56,612 nt of DNA from Lenisia limosa. Taxonomy: Eukaryota > Protista > Breviatea. Location of the stretch: positions 1 to 56,612 of the forward strand of contig LPNZ01001133.1 in the NCBI GenBank assembly GCA_001655205.1. The letters run 5' to 3'. Shown one piece after another: positions 1 through 13,485 of this stretch. The translations under genes were made by a program, and so were the position numbers. How positions within the stretch are numbered: position 1 is the first letter of the stretch; each line of letters starts with the position of its first letter. The notes beneath the pieces were generated by a model. That model was not told the origin of the DNA. It ran no database searches and saw only the letters and a program-made list of their open reading frames with translations.

Positions 1-371
1 GGCGCAAGGGGAAAGGGGGAGGAGAAAAAAATTGGGAGAAAGAGAAAGGAGCAAACCAAGAGCAAACTGGGGGGCAAAAAAGGGCAAAAGGCAATTCATG
101 TTTTCAGTCTATTTTAATTTACGATTTTATAGTTAGGCTTTTTTCACCCAATTCAAATTTCTCCTGTTCTCCTCTTTGCGTCTTCTCTTCCTTCTCCCCT
201 TCTCCTTTGGCATTCTCTTTGCCTGCTCTTTGCTCTTGTCTTGTCTTTTTTTTATGGTGGGTGGTGATTGCAGGAATAATCTACTTCACTGTCACCATCC
301 CCCCCCTCTGATTGAAGTATTATCAAAACTCTCTAAATATAGTCCTATAAGCTCCCTCTCAAGTTTCTACA

Positions 372-3090
372 ATGGATGAAGCGACAGAAGCTCTCATTAA
401 ACAGATATTGGCAGAGGTTTGTTCAAATGTACATTGTTTTGTGTTTTTTTATTATTAATAATATTCATCGAAATAGGACAAGAAGAATGAACGAACCAGA
501 ATTAAAGAGGATGCAAAATATGCTCGTAAGCTTCGAGCCCAAGAAAAGAAACAACAAAACCTCCTCATACAGCAAGAAGAGATTGACTCCAGAACAACAG
601 TTGGTTATATATATGATATATTACCTATATAATAATTGTGAAAATAGTTCATATGCATCAACATGAAAATTTGTCTTATTACACCTCAGGTGTAAGTGGA
701 TTTGTAAATGGCGTAAAACATATTTCAAATATATACAAACAAGCTAATCTTGCAGAGAAGAAAACGAGCACGACCTGTGGTGAATTACAAGGATATTCAA
801 AATGGAGTGATTGATGTCATGAAAGAGAGTCACATTCTAGAGAATAAGACTCCCACCAAAAAGAAAAAAAGTGGGTGATGTGTTTTTTTTTATGAGATAT
901 TTTTCCATCATAGAACTGATTTCTCTTTTTTAATTAATGTTTAAACTTTTTAGTGAAATACTCTTAAATCATAGGTAAAAAACCCCATCAATCCATTCCA
1001 GAAATGGAGGTTCCTGAAATGCTGAGACCATGTTCCTTCAATCCTTTTGACGTTAGTCTACCTTCACCACTAATACCCTCCATTCCCATGTCCGAGCCAC
1101 TTTCACCACAAATACCCTCCATTCCCATGTCCATGTCACCGTCACCAAAGCAATCCACCCTCCCTGAAATCACTGCTTCACTCAGCGTTCCTGAAATCCC
1201 GTCCGCCATTAGTCCAGATCAACCACAAGAGCCATCTTTACAAGCCATTTCAGATTCTGATGAAGAAATGGACCTTCCTCTTGAGCCTGAAGAACCAGAA
1301 AGCCCTCCAATTCACCCTTCACTGGAGGATGAACCTCACCTCCCAAGGCTTTTCACCAACTCTGATGATGATGAGCCCCGGAATCCTATGCCCTCTGTTA
1401 GTAACTCTGAAATTCCCCGACCGTCTACCCAGCCGTCTCTCGAAGATTCCCCGGAAGAACCAGCAGAGGCGGCCAATGACTTTCCTCCACCGTCATCACC
1501 ATCTTTCGAACCTCCCGAGCAATTTTCTGATCCTTCCCAAAGTCCTGCAGTCAGCAACAGCAATCCTTCCCCAAGTCCTCACGCGAGCAACAGCATTGAA
1601 TCCCTTCCCCAAATGGTCGTCCTTGATACGGATGATGATGAAGAAAGCCAGAGTCAGCATGTACATTCAGTTCAACGAACACTGTTGAGAACAGGGAGGC
1701 TCGTTTCCTTTGAGTCACGTTCAGTCATGAATGAATTTGGATCTCCAAAGAACACAATGGATGCTAGACCACCCTCGCCCTCTCCTGAGCTGTTGGATGA
1801 CCCTGTACCTGACCCTGCTGTGGATGTCCAGTGCTTGAGTTCTGATAGCGACAGTGCCCCCGATTCTGACGAACCTATCGGAAATATTGAACTGCCTGAG
1901 CTTCCAGCCTTTCTTGATGTCCCAATTGTTATGGACCCCAAAGTGCCCGTTGTTGACCTTGGACCACAGCTGGAGCTTCCTCAGCTTGCTGAAATGGTCC
2001 CGCCTGATCAATTAGTTATTCCTGACCTTCCTCAAGATTCACTTCATGTTCCTCCGCTGCCGGTTATCCAAGAACCCGAAGTGGTAAGCAAGTGGTTTTT
2101 ATTTCTTACAGCAGGGTGCTACTCCAAAAAATTGTCACGGATATCCGAGCAAAATATTTCGGTGACGTTATCTTTTAACTTCTTTTTACTAGATTTTAAA
2201 GACGATTTTGCTCAGTATGATAATCACAACATTTGCTTGCTTGCTTCCAAAACAACTGCCTTTCTAACAGTACAATCTGTTTTGGCTCTATTTTTGGTTT
2301 ATCCGAGCCAGTTTCTGGGTTGGCACCCTGCTTTAATGAGTTTTTTATTCCGTATTCTATGCGGTTTACAAGTTATGTGTTCAAATGAAATGGTTAATTA
2401 AGTCTTTTACCTTTTAGATTGAAGAAGTATGGGAGGAATTACCTGCTGAATTGGTGAGGCAAATGGAAGAAGCAGCAAAGCCAGAACCCCCAGAAATTAT
2501 GTTGAGGGTAAGGGTGTCGTTTTTATTGTAATATTCAGGCCTCTCCTAAGGATACAGATGAAGCTCTTACTACCCTCGTTGGTGTTCTCAACTGTACAAT
2601 GGTTTGTTTTTTTGTTTTTTTTAACATAATTTAGCCACAAGCAGCAAAGTTACTCAGAAATAATGCTAACAATGTTGAACGCAGTATTGAAGTGAGAACA
2701 GTTTCCCTGCTTACTATTAGGATTTTTATGCAAATGGTATCGAAGAAGAAGTTGTTCCTGTTGCTCCTTTGAGTGAAAAGGCAAAAAAAGTTGGAAAATT
2801 TGTGAAATGGAAGGTAAGAATCAACAACCTGTTTTAATGAGATCCAAGATCGTAACTGAAGAAACGAGTGATGAATGTCCAATTTGTCTTGACGAATTGT
2901 TTGGTTCTGGGATGGTTGTTGTTGAACTTCCGTGTTTGCACTCATTCCATGGAGAATGCATTGCAAAGGTATGGTGGACAGCTCGCCAATAACAGTGTAG
3001 TGCACCAAGTCAAACAAGCTGAGTTGTTCCTGTTGCCGAAAGGTCTACACTGAACCTAAGAAGCCTCCTGCCCCGAGATTAAGTTTGTAA
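372..3090 (+). CDS. Multi-exon protein with long Pro/Ser/acidic disordered region and C-terminal RING-H2 finger (putative E3 ligase)
   Basis: Spliced start MDEATEALIKQILAE joins in frame to ORF 1004-2401. The C-terminus reads ECPICLDELFGSGMVVVELPCLHSFHGECIAK|CTKSNKLSCSCCRK, a C3H2C3 pattern across a 35-nt intron. Confidence 0.7.
1063..1132 (+). repeat. Coding 39-nt direct repeat x2 (SPLIPSIPMS / SPQIPSIPMS)
   Basis: ttcaccac(t/a)aataccctccattcccatgtcc occurs at 1063 and 1102. Confidence 0.9.
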
Positions 3091-3565
3091 ACTATTATGA
3101 CGAACCTTTTGTGATTTGGCTTCGTTTTTGAATATCCTTTTAGGTGTAAGTGCTTCAAGATTAGGTAAATTAACAATGTTCACAATAATGACGGTTTGTT
3201 TCTTTGCTTTATTTACAATTCTTTAGGATACTGGGGTACACACCCGCTACATCAACTCGAATTCCTCTCATCATGCATCGAGCATAAGAGCAATTCTTCA
3301 AGCCAATACAAATAGATGTTAGTTCAAAGCAGCTCTTTTTCTTTTGAAACCATTCTAATCTTTTAGTAAATACATTGATAAACGTCATTCCTTTATCAAA
3401 ATCTGAAGCTGAACGGTAAGTTATGAGAAATTTCACTAATAGTATAGCGTCAATGTCCATATACTTTTAAATCGAATGAGAAGTGTTTTGTAAATTAAAT
3501 TTGAAAAGGAAGAATCGAGGATCACATCAAGAAAATAGATCTGTTGAATTTCTAGGATAGATACA

Positions 3566-6104
3566 TTATAAACCATGGTCTTTTATTCTTGCGGGTTGCA
3601 ACACAAAGGCGCCTCCAAGATCACATTCAGGCGCTAGATAAATTACAAAGGAGTATGACACCAACTTTGATTCTTTGGTGGTGGCAAGTTTAGCTTCAAA
3701 CTGTTTTTGGGCTTTGGAAGAACCAGCTTATTCCCTACACCATTACAAAAAACAAACAAAAAAAAAAAGAGTATTATTAAATATCTGCGTACCTGACAGT
3801 GCCGAATGAATAACTGGTGCTGTTTGGAAATCCAAATTTATGTCTCGAGTTACCGCCTGGGGTTTGGCTACGTTTTGAGAAGGGGTAAACAGGAAGCAAA
3901 GATAGATACGAAAAACAAAGATCTGCTCACCTGTTTCCGTCTCAGGCTCATTGTCATCCTCAAGATCCAGATCAATATCACAAGTTGGTTCAACTGAACG
4001 AATGATCCAACAACATTAATCAACTACCTTTTCTTTCAGAGACACAGCACTCATCATCGTCATCAAGGTCAATATCGCAGGTGACGGCTTTACCTGTATA
4101 TGATGAGGCACAATCTTATCATAATAGTGTGAAATCAATCGATAGAGGAGCTATGTGCAGCATGGGGATGTTTGTAATTTTTGACTACATAGATCTGATT
4201 TTTGACATGTCATATTCTTCGGACCTCACCAGCTGAAGGTTGAGTATCAGAAACTGGAGCTTCATCGTCCTCAATGTCATCCAAACTAATCTCACGGGGG
4301 TCTGGGGCAGTCCCAAGCCTAGACAAATAAACGACGGCACAAAACACACTGAGGGGTTGTTTCATTATCCATGGTGTTGTCTGACGCTTCAACGACGGGG
4401 TTCAATATCAAGGGGTTAGTTGAAGGATCATTCATGGGATCCAAATTGAGAAGATGGAGGAACTCAAGAGTTTGAGGATTAGTTTGCATTTCTTTGAAGT
4501 CACAATAAAAAGAAGCCCACCTGTTGTGACAGCATCATTTGGGTGAGAAGGTGCTGTGATGGCAAAGTTCTCCGGAATGATCTGAAGTTAACAAAACAGA
4601 AAAGGTTTCTATACCAATTTTCCATGAGCAGCCACATTTTCCTTGACCCAAGTATCGTCAGCAGTTGTCTCAGATTGACGGGGTGTTTGCTATACAGTTA
4701 AAAGGGGTCAAATTTAAAGTCCTTTAAAACTTGCTTACAAAGAACGATGTTCTTTGTCTTCCAATAGGGCTGAAAATGTCAATAAAAGTAGCAAAGATTG
4801 CAAGCCTACATGAGGTGATGGTTCCGTTTCACAATGGCGAGCCATTGGGGGTCATATGACAGTTTTTTAGGCCCATTAGCAAAAGGGATATCTAGTACCT
4901 GGAGGAAGTCCCGTCCTCTCAAACACTTATCAAGGGCAAGGAATTTGGTGTTTCCCTCAAGAGGAGGAGGCATTGTGTCAAGATCTAACAGTTAAATCAA
5001 ACACAAAACTTACGGTCAACAGGTTGGGCTCTCTGTGATGCGGGATTTGATTTCAAACTTGCCTGTTTGGTCAGACTTGGATGAATTGAGATTATCACAT
5101 ACTTGATTGTGGTTGACAAGTGCTGGAAATTTGACATGATGGTGAGCTGAAAACCAATATCTAAACAATTATCAATACCTTAACATTAAATGTTAGCATG
5201 AGTTTTGAGGAAATTTTCACGGCCAGGTTTCCTTTGACTATTTCTCATGATAACAAGTTAATTTCTTAGTGTTCGCATTAAATCCCTCCCACCTTGGTTG
5301 TAAATTAGACATCAGTTTCTCCATTGGAGGAGAACCTAGCATTCCTTGATTAATCTAAACAATAAATGAATTATTTATCACACCTCTTTGCGAAGGCCAC
5401 CTTTTTTCTGCAAAAGCTCTTGCTTGTTGCCATGCATAGCAATATTTCTGGGCCAGTCATGCGAAATAAAAATATCCAAAGGAGCTGAAATCTGGGAGAG
5501 CCTCCACATTTCAAATTCACGAATATGAAAACATGAACGAACAGAACTAAAATGGTTACAGTAGAACGCTTTGACAAACTCATCACAATAAGGAGGAAAC
5601 TCATAGTAGCCCTTCTGGTAGTCGTAGCCTTTATGGGTGCCCGAAACACCTGAACAATTATCTGAAAAGGCTTGCTTTACCTCCAATCCTAAGCCCTCCG
5701 AACCAAACAACCCCAGCTTTTCCTAAATAATAGATATCCTTCGCAACCCATCCTCCGTGATAACTAAATATAAGATGGTTTCAAGGACTAACAGTTCCCA
5801 ATCATGGTTAGAGGCTTCATGATTTCCTCCAACAAAGATAGTTGGGCAAGGGGGGGTTTTAAGTCCAGCGTAATATTTCACGTAAGAAGTAATATGTCTG
5901 TACTTTTGAGGACAAGCAAGACAATTGAGGTCATTGTTATTTCTTACCGCCTGGAAAATGAAGAAGAACAGTCCTACAAACCTCAAAGTCGCCACAAATA
6001 ATCAGAAGGTCAACTTTCTTGCCTTGAGTTGCGTTAATATATTCAATTGACTGATAAATGTTGTCAAGCTCGCCATGGCTGCATCCCTCAATGGCAATCC
6101 TCAT
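3566..6104 (-). CDS. DBR1: Lariat debranching enzyme
   Basis: Motifs [57 protein letters not shown] and [15 protein letters not shown], plus a C-terminal LNLPPPKN. The last exon and stop are uncertain. Confidence 0.95.
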
Positions 6105-6395
6105 TCTGACGAAGAAGAAAGGGAGGGGGGGGGGTGATCAGCAAGGAGACAGAGTCGAGTTTCCACTCAGTTGTTGTTTGTCGATTGTTTGTCTTTTTTA
6201 GTATTAGATCGTTGGGAGGAGCCAAAAGAGGTGAAAGAGGGAGCAGGCTGGGAGCAGGGATGACAGGGAGGAGAGGAGCAAAATAGTTCACTGGTACAAA
6301 ACAAAAGTGTGTTGAATTTCTGTTTCCGCCGTGCAATCCCTCTTATGAAGGAATGATATTGTAGAAAGTGCTAGTTTTGATAAAAAGAAGCAAAG

Positions 6396-9300
6396 ATGCC
6401 GAAAAGTAACGCCAAGAGGAAAGGTGGTACAGGCAACACTCAACATGAAACTGCTCGTACGTTACTACACAACTTGTGCGCCAAAGTTGGACACACACTC
6501 AAATATGAAACCTCACAAAACGAAAGAAGGCAGTTCATCACGGTTGTTGTACTGCCCTGTCTTCCTAATGAGGAGCCAGTGACCCTCACCAGTCAGCCTT
6601 GCAGGAATGCCAAGGAAGCTGAAAGCGATGTGTATGTTAGAATGGTTTACTGACATTCTAGGAGTCAGCAAGCAATGGACTTGATGAGAGTTATGGGGCT
6701 TGAGGACCAGTTACTGAGACATGTCAAGAGGCACGGAAAGGTTTGCACTCTTCTTTGTATCACTGTTGTAGCTCAATTCTGGCCCCCAAGTGTGTGACTT
6801 TCTTCCCAAGGATGCTGTTCAAAGAGGATGGACACTTGAAGTTTGTATTTTTCAATTGATTGATCTATCAGCTTTTCAAATCAATGATGTCCAACTACTC
6901 TAATAACAATCTCAATTGCAAACCAAAGTATAAAACCCAGCGTCATTCAAGTAGGCCGACTCAACCTGACAGTTTTTGTATACTCTGCTAAAATTCCAGA
7001 TGGCTTTTTTGTTGAGCTTTCTCTTCCCACTCCAAGAGGAACCCTGTTTGCTTCGGGTTTGGCTGAGGACCAGAAAACGGCTGAAAACAAGTGTGCTGTC
7101 AGCATGGGGCTTCAACTCGAGCAACAGCGTAGGTCCTGGCTCATGCCTTCTTCTCATTTTCTATCTTCTTGGTCTCCACCAGGCACAAGTCATTCTTTTT
7201 CTTATTATTGCTAATATTACTCCCTTTTCACGCTTTCATGAGACAAGTCAGTCTTGATCCCTTTAGAATTGATTCATTTGCCTCGTTCAAGCTCAAGTCG
7301 TCCTGGTGGTCCCATGGGTCCGGCTCTCACGATTTCTCCTGAGCAAATGTACCGCATTCACGAGGTGAGAGTGTTGTCCGGATCTGACGTTTAAGATTGC
7401 GCAAGTCTTCCAAAATGTGAACTTCAAAGAGCCGAAGATCGAAGACAGTTCAACGATGGAAGCTGAGGATAATCGTTCCGAAAGAAAAGCACAAACCCCT
7501 GAAATGGTATGGCCTCTTTGTTTTTTACGGTTAAGCTGGCTCAAATTAGTGAAGGTCTTCGTGTTGCTCAAACCCAACGCCTTCAAAAACCTGAAATGGT
7601 CAAGCGAATGGCTGGTTTGTGATAAATTATTGTGTTCAAAAGTAATCCATTTCATATAATAATGGGGTTATTCCTTGAATTTATCACATTCAGCCCGCCA
7701 AAAGCTTCCGGTGTATAAGTTCAAGGATCAGGTGTTATCTATGATCGAGAAAAATAGAGTATGTGAGTGTTTTGATCAAATCCAACGATACCTGATGAAT
7801 TCACAATTCATCAAGAAGGAGTGGTTTTCAAAGGAAAATGCAGAGAACGGAAGTATAAATATAAATAATGAAAGGGATACCGTTGTGTGACTTTTTAGGT
7901 GAGCTTGGTCCATGGGCAGACTGGTTGCGGTAAAACGACCCAAATTCCCCAGTTTATTCTGGACCATCATCTTGAGAAGGGAAATGGAGCCACGACCAAT
8001 ATCGTCTGTACTCAGGTTGGTAAAGGAAGAACTTCCCCTTTTCATATGGATCATCTTCCTGTTTTTCTGTCTCTTGGTCACGGATCTAGCCGAGAAGACT
8101 TGCTGCCCTCTCTATTGCCGAACGTGTTGCTGTCGAACGAACTGAATCGGTTTGCGAAGGGGGAAGAAACCGTATTGTTACCTTTTATTATCCTAATTTG
8201 CATTTGAAACTTCTGCCATTTTTAATCCTGTTTGATTTCACCACAGGTTGGAGAGAGTGTGGGTTATCAGATTCGTATGGAAAGCAGTCTCCCAAGACAG
8301 AATGGCTCCATCACCTTCTGCACCACCGGAATTTTGCTGCAAAGACTAAAAACCCTCACCAATTCAAATTCAGTTTGAAAGTCACACCTAATTTTACAAT
8401 TTAGATTTCACACATTATTGTTGATGAAATTCACGAGAGAGATATCAACACTGATTTTCTCCTGATTGTTTTGAAGCGTCTTCTGAAATCCAACCCAAAT
8501 ATCAGGGTACAGACTGCAAGATATATTTCACAATTCTTTAGATTATTCTTATGTCTGCGACTTTGAATGCGAAACTCTTTTCTGAGTACTTCAACAATTG
8601 CCCCCTTGCTGAAATTCCTGGATTTACCTATCCTGGTAGGAGTGTATTGTATTGGGGGTGTACGCAGAAAACTGTACTTGGAGCTGTATGTAACTTATTG
8701 GTGAAATAAATAGTGATGGTGTGACAGCATCAGCCAAATACTCTCTCTATGTTGTACTAACCAAAATGAAGGAGTGCTTATTTTACTACTGCTTAATGGA
8801 TTCTCTCTTCAGCTCACCCCTTCAGTAAAGAACATGTTCCTGGATGAGATATCTGAACGGTACTCCGGGCTTTACAATATTATTCAGCAAAGAAACAGGT
8901 TGTTCGAAGAAAAAAGATATCTCGAGAACTGTAAGGGTTCTGGTACATTTATTTATTTTTAGACAAAATGAGCCAGAGTGAAATTGAGGTTATCACTGAC
9001 TTGATTACGGCAGTTCTGAAGGAATTTATCTGTGAAACCAATCCAACAACAAACCCCAATGACCCTTCCGCCATTCTCGTGTTTCTGCCAGGTACTGCTT
9101 GGATCAAGGTTCTACAAATATTGAATTTCGGTTGCTACTTCTGAACCCTTCTCTACTTTCCTGATTCTCTAGGTTGGGAAGAAATCTCCAAAACACAAAA
9201 TGCCCTCAAGGACTCTCACTATTTTGGAGACAGTTCAATGTTCCAAATTCTCGCCCTTCACAGTACTTTACCTGCAAGCGAGCAGCGTCTCGTATTTCAA

Positions 9301-12300
9301 AGACCTCCAACTGTATGTTGGAGCCAATATATGAACAGGATATTCAAGGTCTTGTTTCAATTCTAATGCTATTTTAGGGTTGCAGAAAGATCATTCTCTC
9401 CACCAATGTGGCTGAAACATCACTGACTATTGACGATGTGGTGTGTGTTGTTGATCTTGGAATGTGTCGTGAAAAGAGATACAAGGCCGGACAGAGAGCC
9501 ACTTCCCTTGATGCAGTGTTTTGCGCACGTGCCAATAGTAGGCTTTGATTCCTTGTGATCTTGGCTTTGGAGTACAAGACTATGAATGTTGACAGGCTTT
9601 TGACCTACCTTTAGTTCGGCAAAGAAGAGGTCGAGCGGGCCGTGTGCAACCCGGAACCTGTTTCCATCTTTACTCCAGAAGGGAATACGACAACTTACAG
9701 GAGTTTTCAATCCCTGAAATTCTTCGCACTCCCCTCCATGAGCTTTGCCTTCAAACAAAGGTACTATTTGCGTTTTTCACCACAAAACACACGTTTTTTG
9801 GGGATCTTATCACCACACAGGTCTACGACTTCAACACTTCTTCTTCCATTGCCGAATTCCTGAGATACGCCATTACACCGCCGCCAAGAGACATGGTTCA
9901 TGACGCTCTCATGGTGTTACGTACGCATCAGATTTGAGTGTAACCGTTTTTAGAGGAAGTTGGAGCCTTGACGTCACGTGAAGAGTTGACCCCTCTTGGC
10001 CGAGTCCTGGGTACTTTACCAATTGACCCTCGTATCGGCAAGTTCCTTGGTAGGCACTTTTTACAATATTCACTCCCAGTGATGTCAACCATTTGCGGTG
10101 TTTTGGACCCTGCACTTACGGTGGCTGCTGCCTGGAGCTGCAAGTCACCCTTCGTAGCCCCCATGCATGCGAGAGAAGAAGCCAACGCCATTCACAAAGA
10201 GTACGCCTGATATCAAGCTTTTGGAACACACTCAACTTTTCTTTCTCACCCATTCTAGTCTCTTTTTGAAGGACATGTTGAGTGACAGTATCATGGTTGT
10301 CAACGCCTATCAGGCTTGGCTCAATGCTGAGGATCAATATAGGGTAAGAATGGGAAACCTGTTTGACTTCACCAGTTCGCAAAAGACAGCTTCCTGTCAC
10401 ACGCCACCCTCAAGCAAATGAAGAGTATCCGCAATCAGCTTGGACGGTTACTCTGCAACTGTGGTCTTGTTGATGACCTTCCTCCGTAGGTTTTTGGACT
10501 TGCAGCTACCGATGCTCTTGATTTGTTGAAATAAAAAAAGCAAAAGGTCCACCCCTTCTCATTCATTAGTGAATCGACAACTGACATTTACACGCAATAC
10601 GCAGCACAGTTTTTGAATCTTCAACAGCGCTTCATCATGTCTGACCAAATTTACGACAGTTTGTGAAACCCTTTTTGGTCATGCCACAGAAAACACCTCG
10701 ACTCTGATGATGGCTAATCGAAACACTGGCAACCACGAGGTGTTTAAGTCTGTCCTTGTCTCAGGTAATACCCCGCCTCCTGATAGCTTTCATGCAAACC
10801 TAGTTTATTTCCTCTCTTAGAGTTAATTCATATATTTTTTTGTTTTCCAACCCACTTTCTCTTAAACGTCCAAGGAATGTACCCGAACATCGCCTTCAAC
10901 CGTGAGAAGAAGGAGTGGTGTACCAAGGACCATAAGAGTATCACCGCGCATCCCTCCACCTGCATGAAATCGGCTCACAAGCTAGGCAGCTTCAACTCGT
11001 GAGTATCTGATTTCGTCTCATTATGTCAGTCCATGGGTTGTATTTGGCGAGAAAACCAAAGGTTTCCAGGCTGGAAGTTCCAGAGAAACTCTGTACATGC
11101 GTGATTGTTCCATGGTTTGTTGGCTGAATCTTCAACTTCTTATGGTATCCATGACCTAGCTATATCGTTTTTAGACAATTAAATTGTTTTTACTGGCAGG
11201 TTTCGGCTGAGGCTCTTCTATTCTTTGCCAAGCCTTTCGAGGTGGTCATGAAAGAAAGTGAGTCACCTCCCCCCCCCCCCNNNNNNNNNNNNNNNNNNNN
11301 NNNNNNNNNNNNNNNNNNNNNNNNNNNNNNNNNNNNNNNNNNNNNNNNNNNNNNNNNNNNNNNNNNNNNNNNNNNNNNAATCCTTTCAGACCGGATTAAC
11401 CTTGTTGTTGACGAATTGATATCCATTGAAGTACCCAACACTGAAACTGCAAACGTAAGTAAGGCCATAAGGACTTGTTCCAATCACCACTTGTACAACG
11501 CGCAAGTGATATGCCTTTATATACTAACTATCAGGCCCTTTACATGCTTCGAACCCTCTTTGACAAATACGTGACTGAGCGAATGCTGAATACTTGGAAA
11601 GTCAACCATGGAATGGTTTGTCATTTGCTTGTATGTTTACCTTTCAGTATGGTGGACGGCTGCTGGAAATGATTGCTGAACTTGTGAGTCTCTCCGAAGG
11701 CAACTCCCACCACCCAAGCAAAGATCCGTCCCAGTTCCCTCAATCTCTTCCTTCCCCCTCTCCTTCTCCATCACCACCACCCATTGAACCCCCACAGTCC
11801 AGTTATCAAAGCAGCTCGCGAAGCTCCAAGCCCTTTCAGAAAGTTCGTGTGGACCAAAGTCGAAGCAGGCCAAGCCACAGCCAGAACTACCAGAAGAGCC
11901 GGATGATTGATCATCACACCAGCCAAAGTGACCATCACCACACCAGCAGTCACCAAAGTGATCACCACATCAGTCACATGACTGATCACGGTCAAAGCCA
12001 ACACAAAGCCGACAGTGGACATCAAAGTATTGAGCAGCAGAACATGATGTATCAGCAGCAAATGAATCAGCAAATGATGATAAACCAGCAGATGAACCAA
12101 CAAATGTTCCAACAGCAGCAAATTGTAAGAACGATGTCTTTTTTTTTTACTATTTTTAGAATGCAAATCAAAACTGGAACCAAGGCAACTTCAACCAATA
12201 TCAGCAATTCAACCAGAATTCGTATCCAAACCCCCAGTATCAGGGAGGGCAATTTCATGGTAACCAAATTAACTTTTTGTAGTCAATGTACATTTAAACT

Positions 12301-12311
12301 GGAATAAATAA
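6396..12311 (+). CDS. DEAH-box RNA helicase with two N-terminal dsRBD-like segments (DHX9/DHX30-like) and a His/Ser/Gln/Asn-rich tail
   Basis: Motifs [84 protein letters not shown] and LPIDPRIGK. The N-terminus has dsRBD-like segments (KEAESD; [20 protein letters not shown]). The exact stop is 12282 or 12311. Interrupted by an N gap. Confidence 0.88.
11281..11378. other. Assembly gap (98 N) directly after a poly-C run in a helicase intron
   Basis: Run of N preceded by gtgagtcacctcccccccccc. Confidence 1.
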
Positions 12312-12312
12312 C

Positions 12313-13220
12313 CTATTTCAAGTAGTTTCTGAGTAAATGTTCCCAGCCTTTGGTGGTAGTGGGTGCTTCCATAAGGTCAACACCATTAATCTAAAACCAT
12401 AAGGGATGTACAAAATATATTACCTGGAAAATGGGGGCACCATTGATGCCACGGTAGGCAGCTGCAAATTTAAAAGCCAATCTGCCTCTCATATTCACCT
12501 AGGAGATCATACAAAATAGTCATATCTTACATCAAAACTCTGCATTTGATGAAAGAACTCCTCTTCTTTCATTGGGACAATTTCCGAAACTGAGATGCAT
12601 AACCAAAGTGACACTTCATACCAATGCCAGAAATAACTTTCAAAATATCAAAACGAGAAGAATGGAAAACGGTTGAGTTCCATTCCCCCTGGAAAAGGTC
12701 CTGTTTTTCAAAAGCAAGATCAAGGAAGTCAGCAAGTTGATCAGGCTATAACAATAAGAGTGAGAGTGAATTAATCCTACATATTGTTCAGCTACAATTT
12801 CCGCAGCAAGGCTGACATCCATGCTATGAGTGTGATATGGAAGGGGGAAGAAGTTGACGCGGATGTTGAGATTCTTTTCCAGTTCCTAAACTCTTTGAGT
12901 TCTACATATCGATATAGTATGTCATAATATGCATATGATGACCCAATTACGGTATGTCAAACCTTTTCAAAAGAACCCAAGGCTCCACGAATAGCTGGCC
13001 ACATCATTTTGGAGTCTGAGCAAGCAATATCAATGAAAACATCAAGGATGACATCCTGCCCTTGACCAAATGAATGGCCAAAAGGCCTAAAGAAATGAAG
13101 GATACGGGACGGATCAAACCTGCTAGGTGGGTCAATTGGGAATCCTGAAATGAAAGCAGGAAGATAACAGACCAGTAAGAACGTAGTTATGATAGTTGTT
13201 AGGTAGTTAACCCCTGGCAT
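12313..13220 (-). CDS. Secreted DsbA-like thioredoxin-fold protein with CxxS motif
   Basis: Hydrophobic N-terminus MPGVNYLTTIITTFLLVCYLPAFISG, then DVFIDIACSDSKMMWP, FFPLPYH and RGINGAPIFQINGV. This matches the DsbA/Thioredoxin_4-type family from memory. Confidence 0.8.
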
Positions 13221-13485
13221 TGTGTAAAAGGAGAGGTACACAATTACACAATCCAGGAAACTAACACGCAAACTTTCGTCTTCTAATAGTAATTCCTGTT
13301 CTCTGTCTGAAATAAAGAAATAAATATGTAACTATAAGGCGGAGAGGGGACGAGACAAGAGGAGGGCGGGAGAGGCGGAGTTTTTGAGGGGCGTGTCATT
13401 TCCTGGGTCACCACGATACCCATTTGTAATATTGAAACTGATTTTGCGCAGCAAACAAAAAAGCGCTTTCCTCATAATATAGATA

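Noticed and set aside
1-370. Purine/pyrimidine-skewed ORF 176-379 and possible minus-strand exon
   Set aside because: Low-complexity sequence with no ATG-anchored or homology-supported model.
988-2011. Overlapping alternative-frame and antisense ORFs in the Pro/Ser-rich region
   Set aside because: They are shadows of a low-complexity exon, with no motifs.
3209-3460. 83-aa minus-strand ORF between the RING gene and DBR1
   Set aside because: No recognisable motif or secure splice model; it could be a small gene but is unsupported.
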